From contig OX638159.1 in assembly GCA_951804945.1 (NCBI GenBank), positions 62,806,001 to 62,870,000 of the forward strand: a stretch of DNA of 64,000 nucleotides. Reading direction: 5' to 3'. Position numbers and translations under genes: made by a program. Positions 38,021-51,050 of this stretch are shown here, piece by piece. The stretch's first letter is position 1, and each line of letters begins with the position of its first letter. The stretch comes from Podarcis cretensis (taxonomy: Eukaryota). Below the pieces are notes generated by a model, which was not told the origin of the DNA, searched no databases, and was given only the letters and a program-made list of their open reading frames with translations.

Positions 38021-40656
38021 CAGGTAATGGCTTGACTCTTTGCAAGTCAGCCTCATACATACACAGGCAACAGCTAAGTTGCTTGTATATAACACAGAAA
38101 GAAACTGAGTCGCAATTTCCAATCATTTTGACACAATATTTAGTTGGACCTTGGAAGACGGAAGAGAACAGAAAGCACTGTTTCTGTACATTTAACCAGA
38201 GTTCTTTAAATTCAAGCTGAGTTGAGCTCTAGGTGCTGCAGTGATGATTAGAAGGGTATGGTGGTCCCAAGACTTGCTGGTTACCAATGGCAAGACTTTG
38301 CTCTGTTTACATTCTGCATAGGTTAAGGTCCTCCAGAGCCTGACCGAGAAAGTCAGCGCAAACTACACCTGGGCCTATAGAGATGCCCTTGCAAAATCCG
38401 TCTTGGCTTTGGGTGCTTCCATTGGCTCACCTGCCAGTAATCAAAGCTCCTCCAACAAGGATCAGTCAGGGGCCCTTGGAGTGGTGGGGATCTGCTGCCT
38501 TCATCATTGAACAGGATACAAGTTTTCCTAACGATATAGGATTTGTGGGAGAAAACTTGTTCCATTTGCAATGCACACACACAAAGTAAACTCAACCCAA
38601 GCTATAGCAAGTGCAGGGGGGTGGGGGTGGCACAGAGAGAAGTAAGCGAGAGGCTAAATCTTCCAAACACAAAGAAATAGGTGTACTACTTCCCCCCTCC
38701 CCTTTACATATTTAAAGTGCAAGATTAAAACAAATATAGAGAACGCTGCATAATTTAGCTGTCATTTTCTATCAAATTGCTCATAATTGTAACCATAAAA
38801 TGATAATATTCTACCATATGTGCATCTGCAAAGCTGACAAAAGCATTGGTCAGTGCCATGGAGACAAAATATGGACTGAAGGCTCCCCTTAGTGGCCGCT
38901 GTGGGGGATATCACGGCAGCCCAACATTCCTGATGGCCCTCAGCAGAAGGAGTCTTAAATGTGCAGGGAGAGAACCTGAAATGGTTGCTTTGACATAAGC
39001 TGCACCTTCAGACAGAATTTCCAAGCAGAATAATCAACAGTGACTCTATAGGCATACGACTTCTACACTGGCCAGTTCACTTCTGGGTCGTTTGCACACC
39101 ACTCCTCACGCGCAGGCACTAAGTCAGGATTTAGTCTCCCAAATTTATTCCTAGGCACCCCATTAATTTGAACAGATTGTTCACCCCAGGAACCTGTGCT
39201 TACTGAGATATGTTCCTGCCGTGAATTTCTGCTCAGTGGTGTTGATGGTGATCCACTTTTTCTAAGTGGTGGATCAGTCCATTTTGGTTCTTTTTGACTC
39301 CAGCTTGAACTGGTTTCCATTAGAACAAAAAACGAGGCTCTGTACCGCTGAAATTAAAGGAGGCACTTCAGGAAGACGGACGGGTGCATAGCATGGGTGG
39401 AAGTCATGGAGGCAGAAATAGTGAGAGAGGAAGTCACACATTGCTTACTAAGAAGAGGCAAGGGAGGACGGAGGCTGAAGCCCTTCCCCTCACTTGCCCC
39501 TACATTTCAGCCAGCCCTTCAGCGTGGGCTTCCTTCACTTTGTGCAACTTGCCTTGCTAGGGCAAAGTAGGCAGTGTGAATGCTCCTCAACTCAGCCCAG
39601 TCCTTTCCTTGAGAGCAGAGCTTTCTTCTCTCACCCAGTTCAGACAGCTGACCATGAGAAGACAATACCTGTCTTTGAATACAAAAAGCAGCATACTCTG
39701 AGGCTGTGATTTGGCCATGCTGGCACTACGAACTGCATGCAACCCCAAGGAGAAAGGAGGGTGCACTACTACTGGCAGAAGAAGAAAAGCTGCCTTTTGT
39801 ATCGAGGCTTCACAGGCCCTCTCTCATCCCTCCTTGCAGTTGCTTTGTTGTCAATACAGTTCCTGTTCTGCACATGCTGTATGGAGGTTGACAGAGGAAA
39901 CCGAGGCCATCCAATGACTCGGTTTGTAGAACAATATCCGAACCCAGGTCCACCTCAAAACCATCCGAGACCAACCCATAGGAGCTTTGAGGCAGTTCTT
40001 TCTAGGGCTGTTCACACTGAACTAAAACTAGGACTATGAACTATGAAAACTGAGCATACTGAGCATAGGGAAATACGTTACCTTTTCCACTTAAGGTGGT
40101 AAGGGACCAGAAGACAGAGCAAGCACCAGGTCTCAACAACCATAGCATGGAGCCATGTTTTGCAGCACAGAAAAAATTACAGCATTGTGGTGGCAATAGA
40201 AATGCTAACAGATTTGTTACTCAACTGTTCCCATAGAGCAACTGCTACTTGGCAAATGGCGCAGCTGACCTTCCATTTTTCCTGCTGCTAGACAAACATG
40301 GCAAGGTGAAAGAAATTAAGAATAGCACTCCAGCTTTGAGCACTGGAAGTCCTGCTTAATTCCACCAGCATTGCTTTACTTACCCACACACCCAGAGAGA
40401 GAAAAGGGGGAGAGGGAGAGAGAAGGGATAGAACATTCACCTAGATGCTCTCAAGGCTATTTTCACCATCACGAAAGCAAGATGCCTGCTCTTCAGCCAA
40501 GTGAAGGCTGAGGCTCTCGCTTTGAAAAATCCTCTTTGTCTCCAAACACACACCTGCATATTTCTAGATTCACATATTTATCTTTGGAAGTTCTCAGCAG
40601 ATAATGATACTTCCAATTTACATTAATGGCATTCATCCATGACTATTTGAATTCAT

Positions 40657-41014
40657 CGCTGTGGGTTAAAGCCTCAGCGCCTAGGACTTGCCGATCGAAA
40701 GGTCGGCGGTTCAAATCCCCGCGGCGGGGTGCGCTCCCGCTGCTCGGTCCCAGCGCCTGCCAACCTAGCAGTTCGAAAGCACCTCCAGGTGCAAGTAGAT
40801 AAATAGGGACCGCTTACCAGCGGGAAGGTAAACGGCGTTTCCGTGTGCGGCTCTGGCTCGCCAGAGCAGCGATGTCACGCCGGCCACGTGACCCGGAAGT
40901 GTCTCCGGACAGCGCTGGCCCCTGGCCTCTTAAGTGAGATGGGCGCACAACCCCAGAGTCTGTCAAGACTGGCCCGCACGGGCAGGGGTACCTTTACCTT
41001 TACCTTTTTTTACC
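40657..41014 (+). mobile_element. Sauria SINE (Squam1), slightly 5'-truncated
   Basis: Near-identical to 28140-28490; (ACCTTT)n tail. Confidence 0.95.
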
Positions 41015-41189
41015 TGGGTTGGTTCTGCAATTTGATGAGAGCATTCACTTAAGAAACGGGGATACAATGGATCTAAGAATTGGCAGCAGTTATGTCTGAA
41101 AAAGCCAAAGGATGGACCTCATATCCTGGAAGCCATGGCAATAGAGAACGAGAGGACAGCATCCTTCCCCAACTGGTGCCCTCCACATG

Positions 41190-41815
41190 TTTCATTTATA
41201 TAGAGATTTAAAGTGTTAACAAGAAGGCATCCCATAGCAGGTTATGGGGGAGGGAAACATTACTGTATAATAAAAAGGGAATGGAAATAGAACACTTTTA
41301 AAAAACAACAACACAGAAGTAAATCGCCCAAATGCCTAGGTAAATAAATAGGTCTGCAGCAGGAACTGAAAACTCACAATAGTTGGCACCAGCCTGATTT
41401 GGGAGAGAAGGAAATTCCAGAAATTGAGGGCTTGTCCTGAGAATGTTCTCTCCCACATTGCTGCCAAGACAGTAGCCCCAAGAGATCTCAAATAAAAGGC
41501 AGGTCTATATGGCAGAAGACACTTGGCCAGTTATCTAGCTACTTCGGGCTTTGTATGTCAGTATAAGCACCTTAAATCTGGCCTGGCAGCCAGTAAATGC
41601 AATGTGTTTTCTATAGGCTGTCCCACACTGCCATGCTACTGCATTGTGCCCCACCTGCAGACCAGCTTCCGAGGCAGCCCTACACAGATAGCATGGCAGC
41701 AGCCAAGCCTTGTGGTTACCAATACATGGATCACTATGGCCAGACTCTACCTAGTCCAGGAACGGCCACAGTTGGTGCACCAACCAAAGCTGGCAAAAGG
41801 CCAATGGCCATCCTG
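41190..41815 (-). mobile_element. Old L2 LINE fragment
   Basis: Reverse complement ggcttggctgctgccatgctatctgtgtagggctgcctcggaagctggtc resembles RLDYCN.LY.GLP..KL. Confidence 0.65.
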
Positions 41816-44153
41816 GTTGGAGCTGATGTGAGCCATAGCACAAAACACATGGAGGACACCAGGTGTGGGGAGGACAGAATAAAGGGACATGTGAAACTGC
41901 CTTACACTTAGAGAGTTCATTGATCTGTTTCACCAAGCAATGTTTCCTCTGATAGCAGGTCTTCAAAGCCTCAGGTGGTAGCCCTGCTGCCTAAGATCCT
42001 TCAACAGAGATTGAATGTAGAATATTCTACATGAAAAGCACATAGTTTTGCCACTGAGCAAGAAGACTACTAGCAAGTGAGCAGGACAAGAGGACTAGTC
42101 ACACTAGTGTTTGGTTCTCTCTCCTGCCTAGTCACTGCAGGGGGAAGGTTGTGCTATGCATGGTTAGTAAAAAGTGGTACCTCTCTGATGCTATAACCCA
42201 CTTATTTCTGGGAAGGAACATGGATATACTAAAAACTTGCAACATGAATGAAGTTGGAAAAGGGCCCTGGCATTTGAGGCTTCCTAGATGGAAACTACCA
42301 TCCTGGTTCTCAATGAATTTATGCACATAAATCTTTCCACATGGACCAAGGAGAAAAAATGAGATTGAAACTAGAGCAGATTCTCTCTCTTTTTCACTTC
42401 ACTGAGTAGCTGCCTATACTCTTCAACACAGAATCAATTTCTTGCAGGAATTTTAACAGATGTTTGCCAAAGATGATTTCGGTGTAATGTATGACAACAG
42501 AAGCCCTTTTGAAGCTATGATAATCAAAACCCTCTCCTTAGAAATAAGAGGCAAGGGTAAGAATCCTTCACCTTAAGCTTGCTGCCCAACCCGCCCACCA
42601 TCTTGCATTCAGTTGCATCTTCTCGCAAGAGACTGCCTTGAAGTCACATCAGCTAATTCGATTCGCCAAAAACTGCAAGCTGAAAAATGAGGAAAGGAGC
42701 CCATCAGTGATCAGGGCTCTTCCCTCGCTAAAGAACATCAGCCAATCACCAGCTTATTCACATTTTTGTGCAACCAATAATGACATTCATATTCCACCTT
42801 CCCTCCAGGAAGGTGAAAGGGGTGTATACAGGGTTCCTAAGTGGTCTAGCATCCAAGTACGGGACAGATCTTCTGCAGTGGTGCTGAACAATGTGGCCTC
42901 ACTCCCATTAGCCCATGTCATCCAGAACACAGCATGGGCTGCAGAAATGAGCGTGGAGGAAGAAAGCCAAGCCACACTCCAGAGAAGGCAAATGGGACAC
43001 TACAGTAAGCCTTAGAAAGGATAGTTATATTTGGCAGTCTCTTACAAACACTTACCCCCTGCATGTGTTTGTATGTATACACACACACACACACCAAAAA
43101 TTGTAATAATCTGGGCACATTTTTCATTAGGCTGATGTTATTGCCTCATTTCTAAGCCCTGCACCTAGAAAAGTCTTTCAGATTGAGACAAATCAGACAC
43201 TCGTACGGTGCAGAGCACAGCTGCTGCTAAACAAGGGTGCCCATATGAGCCAAGAAGTCCTGCCCTTTCAGAGGTACCACAAAGCTAACTGTCTCCGGAC
43301 TGCTCTCATTAGAACCATCCAGCACGGCATTCACTTGAGTATGCTGCAATTTCCTCTTTCAAAACGGCAGCTATTTTGACAGCTTTTCTAACCTTATTAG
43401 AACACAATCTGTTTACAGCGCTTGTGATGGGGTTGGGAGGGTAGGGAGAGAGCCACAGCGCTGAGACGGGAGTCGAGGTCATACTGACAAATCCTCTGCG
43501 AGGGGGGGGGGGCGCTAGCACTCGCTGCCAACAAGACAGCGAATGAACAGAGAGACAAAAAAGCCTCACATTACCATCCCATGTGCCAAACCTAGTTAAG
43601 GCCATTTCCCTACTTCCGCCTCTGAAAAAAACCCAGCCTTAAGAATGTGCCAAACCAAAGAACGCCAGTTGTCCTGAATCAAAGCCAGCAAAGAAAAGAT
43701 TTAATAACAACCTCATTATAAGGTTCATTGTTGTAGGACTATTTAATATACAAGATTAACACATCTTATCGGCCAGTTCCGCCAAAGCCTATTATACCCC
43801 TCATTAATACATGCACATTGCTACATCATTTACAATGCCAACTTCTCAAGTAACACTGCATGAAAAGAGGGTGTGGAGGCGGAGGAAGAAGAGGCGGCGG
43901 CTGCTGCTGCTGCTGCGAATAAATTGCCTTCTTCCGTACAAAGAGTAGACGCTGAAATGTTCCCTATAACTCAGACTGTCAGACGTCACTTTGGAGGAAC
44001 ACTTACTTCTCTGCAGAGGGAAACCTGAAGACGGACGACAGCAGCTTCCCTCAGTCTCACCAGGGTTCCTGTCTCCGAGTTATAGCAGGTTGAGAAAGGA
44101 AGAGGCAGAACCATTAGCACCGCAGTCCCAAGACATCTTCTGGTTTCCAGATT

Positions 44154-44836
44154 ACTTACTTATCAAAACCTTTATTAGGCATTATGCAGGTAAAACCATA
44201 AAAGGAAAATAACATATAAAAGCCTTGAGATATATATAAAAAGGCAGGAGTTGGCTACATACAAATATAAATATATACATATAGAATCAGTGGTTTTCCT
44301 TGTTAACCTGCTCCTTGGAGGACTGCTGCCAAAAACTCGGCTACCCCCGCCGTTACCCTTTGGTCAGCGTCGGATAGGTAGAGTCCCACACATTCAGCTT
44401 GCTGGGGTTCCAGACCACCCGAAAGGGGGGACAGCACGCGTTGACGGAGCGTACTGTACAATGGGCAATGAAAGAGGATATGCTCTACAGTGTCCGGGAC
44501 ATTCATAGAACATCTGCAGAATCTCTTGCTTCTGGGAATGTTTTGATATCTTCCCCAGACAAATGCTGAGGGAAAAACATTCAAACGGGCCAGCATAAAA
44601 GCCCTACGTTGGGCTGGGATTATTAATTTAGAGACGTAATTGGCTCTGCAATCTAAGATATTTAAATCGTAGAATCTGGGGGAGCAAATTTTGTTTACAG
44701 CTGCCATAATATTTTGTCTCTCGACATCCTTTAGTCTAGTTAGGATATTATAGAGAATATATTGCTCATTAGAATTGTACAGGAGCTCCAGCTCGATGCC
44801 TAAAGATTCAATTTTTTTTTCAAGGTGCTGATACCA
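44154..44836 (-). mobile_element. Non-LTR retrotransposon 3' fragment, probably RTE-X clade
   Basis: ORF 44303-44707 RRAFMLARLN...GRY..IP...RFCRC....DTVEHILFHCPLY (CCHC C-terminal finger); AATAAA plus (TAAG)n tail; 13-bp TSD TGGTTTCCAGATT. Confidence 0.8.
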
Positions 44837-45672
44837 TGGTTTCCAGATTTGTTTTGTTTTAACATTTACAAGCTGGCAAATTTAAAAAAAAAAGGAGAAA
44901 AGCGAGACAAGGAGTTCTCTGCCATCGGGAGCCTTCTAAGGTCAGGGTATTCAAACAACTTACTCCAGAGTGGTCAGTTCCATACCATAATGAGTTTGGG
45001 AAGACACTGAGCCCAGTGTGCAGAGTTCTTGATGAAAGCAAAGCTAATGAAGAGGCCTGCCAGGTCATATCAAGCCCATCTAATCCTGCACGCACTTCCC
45101 AACAATGGCCAGACGTCCATTTCCAACAAGCATAGACTGAAGGCAATAGTTGTGCACCACACTTTGTCCTAAACAACCGGCAAACAAACCGGTAGACTAT
45201 CTCTGAAGGTGGCCTATTTGGCCAATATGCGTAGTAACTGAGTGATACAGAATATGACATTTACTTTTGTCTTTTCTGAACTGATGGTCAGTTAATCTAC
45301 TAGGGTGGTCCCGATTCTACAACTACAAGGGAAAGAGTCCTATACAGTCTCTTGATACCATCTCTGGACAGTAATCATGGTATAGTCATAAAGTATATGT
45401 TTAAACCCTAAACCAGGCCCCCTTCTCCAGGCGAACGATTCAAATGTCTAAATGCTCTCACAAATAAAATGCTGTTTATACCTACAGAACTAGGGTGCCA
45501 CAAAGAAGGTTCTAGACTAGCTTTCACCTGACATTCATGTAAAAAGTAGTTTCATGTTGCAGGGAGGGATGAAGGATCACCAACCCTCAAGCAATCTGAA
45601 ATGGTTTCTGGTCCAGAAACAGATAAATCACCTGCTGGTCTGTTTAATTATTATTACTACTGTTACTTATTA

Positions 45673-46008
45673 CAGTGGTGCCCCGCAAGACGAATGCCTC
45701 TCAAGACGGAAAACTCGCTAGACAAAAGAGTTTTCCGTTTTGGAGGTGCTTCGCAAAACGAATTTCCTATGGGCTTGCTTCGCAAGACGAAAATGTCTTG
45801 CGAGTTCCTGCGGGGTTTTTTTCCTTTCCCCCCCTTTTTCTAAGCCGCTAAGCCACTTATCCGCTTATCCGCTGAGCCGCTAAAAGCCGCTAAGCCGCTA
45901 ACAGCGCTAATCCACTAAGCCGTCAATGGGCTTGCTTCACAAGACAAAAAAACCGCTAGACGAAGAGAATCGCGGAACAGATTCTTTTCGTCTTGCGAGG
46001 CACCACTG
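45673..46008 (+). mobile_element. pogo/Tigger-like MITE family A, copy 4
   Basis: Same TIRs and body; TA TSD. Confidence 0.9.
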
Positions 46009-46172
46009 TACATTTGTATACCACCCTATGTCTGTGGATCTCAGGGTGGTTGATAACATAAAATTGCAATAAAAAAACACAAAATCAAAAATCAAAACAA
46101 AGACATCTAGCTGGAGGTTGGAAAGAGTAGAAATAGCTTTGGAGATCTGAGGTGAAGCAGAATGGGTGAAGG

Positions 46173-46531
46173 AGGTAAGGTAAAGGGTAAAGGGACCCCT
46201 GACCATTAGGTCCAGTCGTGACAGACTCTGGGGTTGCGGCACTCATCTCGCTTTATTGGCCGAGGGAGCCGGCGTACAGCTTCCGGGTCATGTGGCCAGC
46301 AGGACTAAGGCACTTCTGGTGAACCGGAGCAGCACATGGAAATGCCATTTACCTTCCTGCCGGAGCAGTACCTATTTATCTACTTGCACTTTGACGTGCT
46401 TTCAAACTGCTAGGTTGGCAGGAGCAGGGACCAAGCAACGGGAGCTCACCGCCGCAGGGATTCGAACCGCCGACCTTCTGATCGGCAAGTCCTAGGCTCT
46501 GTGGTTTAACCCACAGCACCACCCATGTCCC
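46173..46531 (-). mobile_element. Sauria SINE (second subfamily)
   Basis: Reverse complement of the Sauria SINE head and (ACCTTT)n-like tail. Confidence 0.93.
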
Positions 46532-47998
46532 TAAAATCTTCCTTATAAAAGTTCAAGTCAACACAAGAGTTTCCCAGATTTCAATGACATTTAGTGCAAC
46601 TGACTCTGCTTTCTCCTCTTTCTATACAAGAGAAACCACAATGAATGGCACAGGCTACCAGCAAAAGCATCTCAAATGGAGATTTAAAAACATCCCAACA
46701 GGCACTACAATTTGGTGCCAATAGGTGGAAAGTAACCTGCAAATGCAAATGAGAAAAAGCACAGTACGCAGCTTCATATGTGTCTATTTTAAGTTATCTT
46801 AGTAGAAATGCAAAATAAGAGACTGAGCAAGGATGGCAGAAAAAGGCTCAACTCTCTCTCTCTGCAGGTTTGCAAAGCTCTGGAACCAGCAGGCCGTTTT
46901 CACAAGGCACCTCTTTCCACTGCATTTGTTTAGGAGCACAATGAGCGTGCCTCTGAAAATGCCAAGGAAACGTGGGCCCATAAATAATGCTGCATTCCTA
47001 TTTGTGCCTAACCTAAATATTTATGTAGTAATTTAGCAGTTAAAGATGCAAACTCTTTATTTTAAATGTTACTCTGCATTAAAGGTTAACCACATGACGT
47101 GTTTACTATGAGGCTTTTGAATGACATTAAGGCAAGAGCTCGCTTTGGCCAAGCTTTCCGCAAAAAGCGTCAGGAGTTGAAACGAAACCGACACAGGCGA
47201 GCCCTCAAATCCACATTCCACAATAATGAATGAGAGTGCCAAGACCTTTCTAAGCTTCCGCAGGCTCTCCAGCTGTAGCTTAGACAAAAGCCGGCAGCAC
47301 CGCAATTTACAAAGCGGAGGCCATCTTCGCCAGGAGGAGGGCTGGGAACACAAACACGTGAAGCAAAGCCTCACTTGCAGTCTGGAGATGGGGCAAGGCG
47401 AGGGGGTCTTTGAGCCAAAATGAGCGTCCCTCGACAAGAGCTGCGAGCTCTTTCTGTACCTTCCAGCACAAAGAGGAAACCCTGCATTCCACTTGCAGAA
47501 TCAAGAGTATGGCTGTTCACTGTCTAGGTTTGTTGAACTGGAATTCAGGTGGAAGGGAAATGACAAACTGACTGCCACATCCAAAACTATACTACCAGAA
47601 TGAAAACTGAGCAGAAGCAAATCCCAGAACTGGAGGAGCTGTTATGACCCAAATCACAGGATCTTGCACCGGCCTGACCCATGTAACATAAAATGTCTTG
47701 TTGGCCACAATGGGAAAAAGAAAGCTGGACGAGGTGGATTTCTACTCTAATTGAAGAGGGTTCTTCTGTAGCTCAATGATTTTCAAATGTCTACAATGAG
47801 AAAAATTTCCTCTTTTTTCTTCTTTCTTCTTTTTTTCTTTTCTTTTTTTGTCCCTCATCCCCGTACTGCTTGTCTGCCTTGGTGAAAACCCCACAAATCT
47901 CAGAGCATTTCTGGGGCATATTGTAAAGAACACACAATCGGGAGTAAGCCAAAATCTGCTTCGCTGTTGCCTTGACGAGATACATGTGTGCTCTACAA

Positions 47999-48174
47999 CA
48001 CAGGTCTCCTAGTGGTGGGTCAGGACCTATAGCAGGTCACAGCCTAATCCAAGGTGTCTTCCAACAGGAGCACTGCCACCATGCAAATATATGGTAAAAG
48101 GTTAAGAAATGGGTCCCCAAACACACGTTTGGATTATAAGTGGGTCCTGGGTCTGAAAAAGTTGGAAATACCTG
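47999..48174. mobile_element. Degenerate hAT MITE
   Basis: Right end gtgggtcctgggtctgaaaaagttggaaatacctg; putative TSD ctctacaa/ctctagaa. Confidence 0.55.
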
Positions 48175-50288
48175 CTCTAGAACATCCCTAGAAGCTGTGC
48201 CATTACAGGGAGTGACAGGCCCACCATCTTTCAAAGAAATCTGTTAATGACTGAGGAACCCTTTGAGGAACTCCTGGGTTCCTTGAGTCACAGTCTGAAA
48301 GCAAGGGAAGATCCCCTTCTCCTTTTCTACCCTGAAATGGATTTATAGCACCTAATGCAACTGTGGCAAACGCTTCTCCATGTGTCCTTGGAAAACCCCA
48401 AGGAACGCAGCAGATGCTGTCATTTTTCAAACCAGCTTATCTCTTTGTCAAACTGCACCTACAGTGAGTACAGGTTCACACCACCAACCTGTATCTTCTT
48501 GCTCAGTCCCCTGCAGAGCTGCTGAGCAAAGTGGTCCTTCTTTTAAAAAGGGGAAAAAATGGTAAGCATCAACGTGCTCCCTTTGCCACCGCGGCATCCT
48601 TACCTAAAATACAGGAGTTTTCAATCTATGTCACAGCAAGCCTCTCTGGGCCAACAGACAACTAGTTTGAGCTTTCCTAGAGTGTCACAAAGGCAAAGCA
48701 AAGATTCATAGTGCATATTCTCCAGTTTTATTTAAAGTAAAGATGGGGGACCCTACAGATGTTGCCATACCTTGCCTCCCATCGACCCTACACCATCGGC
48801 CATGCCAGCTGGTGCTGATGGGCTTTGAAATCCAACATCATACCCATTTGTGGCAAAGAGGAGGAATTCAGATACACCATATTCCCTTTCCCATAAGGGA
48901 ATAAACCACATATTAGCTTCTTCCACTTTTCCATAGCAAATACAGCTTCATGAGGGAATGTGTTAATTTTCACTTCTTCTGTGAGAGGGGGAGATGAAGC
49001 ATTCATTCTTATTGATGGGATCTGTGTAAGTTTGTAAGCATAAGCAAACTTTCCAGGCTGAGGAAACCCGTTTGCAAATATTTGTGCTCTGAAAACCACC
49101 ATTCACTTGGATTTTATTTTCCTCCAGTCCAACTGTATGAAGGACACTCAAGGCAAGGCTTAAGTGCAAACAGTGACCTTTCCAAGTGCAATCAAAATTC
49201 ATCTTGGGGTTATGCAGAGGGAAATGAAGAGCACAGTAGAATAGAAACTGGCCCTCTACACCACTTTTTGCATTTTTACCCACCAGACAAGCAATGCAAT
49301 AGGAGTAAGAAGTACTTTTGCAGGTGGAGGAGATTGCTTTGGCACGGGCCAGTGCAGAAAATTCTGAATCAGATTTATTTCCCCCCAGAAAATTTTCTAG
49401 GTAGTTTGCATCAGCTATTTTGCATTATAAAATGTTCTGATGCCCAGGAGAGTCATCTAATTTAGCATGTTTATTTTACTTGTATTTAGCAAACAAAGCT
49501 AAAAATGCTGAAACTGCCAAGCTTGCCCAGTATTGTACTTGCAATTGGCACCCATCCATTGTTTCTAATGAACTCACAAAATGGGGACAAAAAAAATCTT
49601 CATGGAAAAAATAAAGCACTGGGAAAACGAATTTATTTATCTATTTGTCTATCTGTTTTCTATACTGCCCTTCATTTGAGGATCACTGGGCGTTTTACAA
49701 TATAAAAACACAAAAAATATGTAATGTATGTTGCATGCCCCATCAGTAGTTGTAGTAATGTGATGTTCTCATTGCCAAAGACGGGACACTTTTTAAAAAC
49801 AGGATGCTGGCTTCTCTCTTTGGCAGCAAGAAACTGCTCAGATGCCAACATCAATGAAATCTATGAATAAGAGGGGATGGAGACAATGAATTTCTTGTTA
49901 ACTTTATTTCTTGCCCAATCGAAGACTTTCAGGATGGCGAAAACAATAAAGAAAGTTGCAGAAGTTAGGGAGACAAATAAATTAACTGGATCTGTACAAC
50001 TGGTAAAGAATCCTCAAAATCTCAGATTCATGTTTTCTTGTGTTTCTACCCCCAGAGGGGTTTCCATGCTAGTCTCTAGTAGCAGAAATAATCAACAATC
50101 GAAATTTAGCACAGCACTATGGCAATCATTCCATCAGCGCAAGCATTCCAGCTTTGCAGGCAGAACAATTCCCACTCTCCTTCCTCCATGCACTGATCTG
50201 GGGCTTTTCCCGATCCCCGTGCAAATTTTAGGGAACACAGTGTGAGGACATGGGGGAACCGCGCTAGTAGAAGTTGCACTGCAGTGGG

Positions 50289-50340
50289 CTAGATTAGATT
50301 TCCCTTTGGGTCCCTTCCAGCTCCACAATTCTATGATTCT
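50289..50340 (+). mobile_element. CR1 3' terminal fragment
   Basis: gggtcccttccagctccacaattctatgattct. Confidence 0.75.
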
Positions 50341-50372
50341 GAGTCTTTGCATTGAATCCTGCCCATTGAGCT

Positions 50373-50448
50373 GCATCTCATGTAGTCGGCTTGTGTCCAC
50401 AAAAGCTTATGCCATAATAAACTGTTTAATCTTTAAGGTGCCATAAGA
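50373..50448 (+). mobile_element. Penelope 3' terminal remnant with decayed hammerhead motif
   Basis: gcatctcatgtagtcggcttgtgtccacaaaagcttatgccataataaactgtttaatctttaaggtgcca has the same layout as the 3' end of the PLE at 11.8 kb. Confidence 0.7.
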
Positions 50449-50695
50449 ATTAGAATTAGTAGATTGGTTAGAATAATGACAGGCCTTCATGGGTGCAGAG
50501 ATGTCGGAAAACATGAAGACAGAGCCTGTGAATGGACCAAGGGATTCATTGAGGCGACTTACGCACTGTGGCATGTTAAAAGTTCACAGCCATGGTCCAT
50601 GCCGATCTTGCCGGTGACTTCTGTGGGGATTTTTCCAAAGTGGCTGTTGCAGCAATCCATGTGCCCTGTTGAAACTAGCCCTAAGTACTTATTAA

Positions 50696-51050
50696 AGGTA
50701 AAGGTAAAGGGACCCCTGACCATTAGGTCCAGTTGTAACCGATTCTGGGGTTGAGGCGCTCATTTCGCTTTATTGGCCGAGGGAGCCGGCATACAGCTTC
50801 TGGGTCATGTGGCCAGCATGACTAAGCCGCTTCTGGCGAACCAGAGCAGTGCACAGAAACGCCGTTTACCTTCCCACCAGAGCAGTACCTATTTATCTAC
50901 TTGCACTTTGACGTGCTTTCGAACTGCGAGGTTGGCAGGAGCAGGGACTGAGCAATGGGAGCTCACCCCATTGTGGGGATTTGAACTGCCAATCTTCTGA
51001 TCGGCAAGCCCTAGGGCTCTGTGGTTTAACCCACAGCGCCACCCGCATTC
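50696..51050 (-). mobile_element. Sauria SINE (second subfamily)
   Basis: (AAAGGT)n tail on the plus strand; 13-bp TSD AAGTACTTATTAA. Confidence 0.95.
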
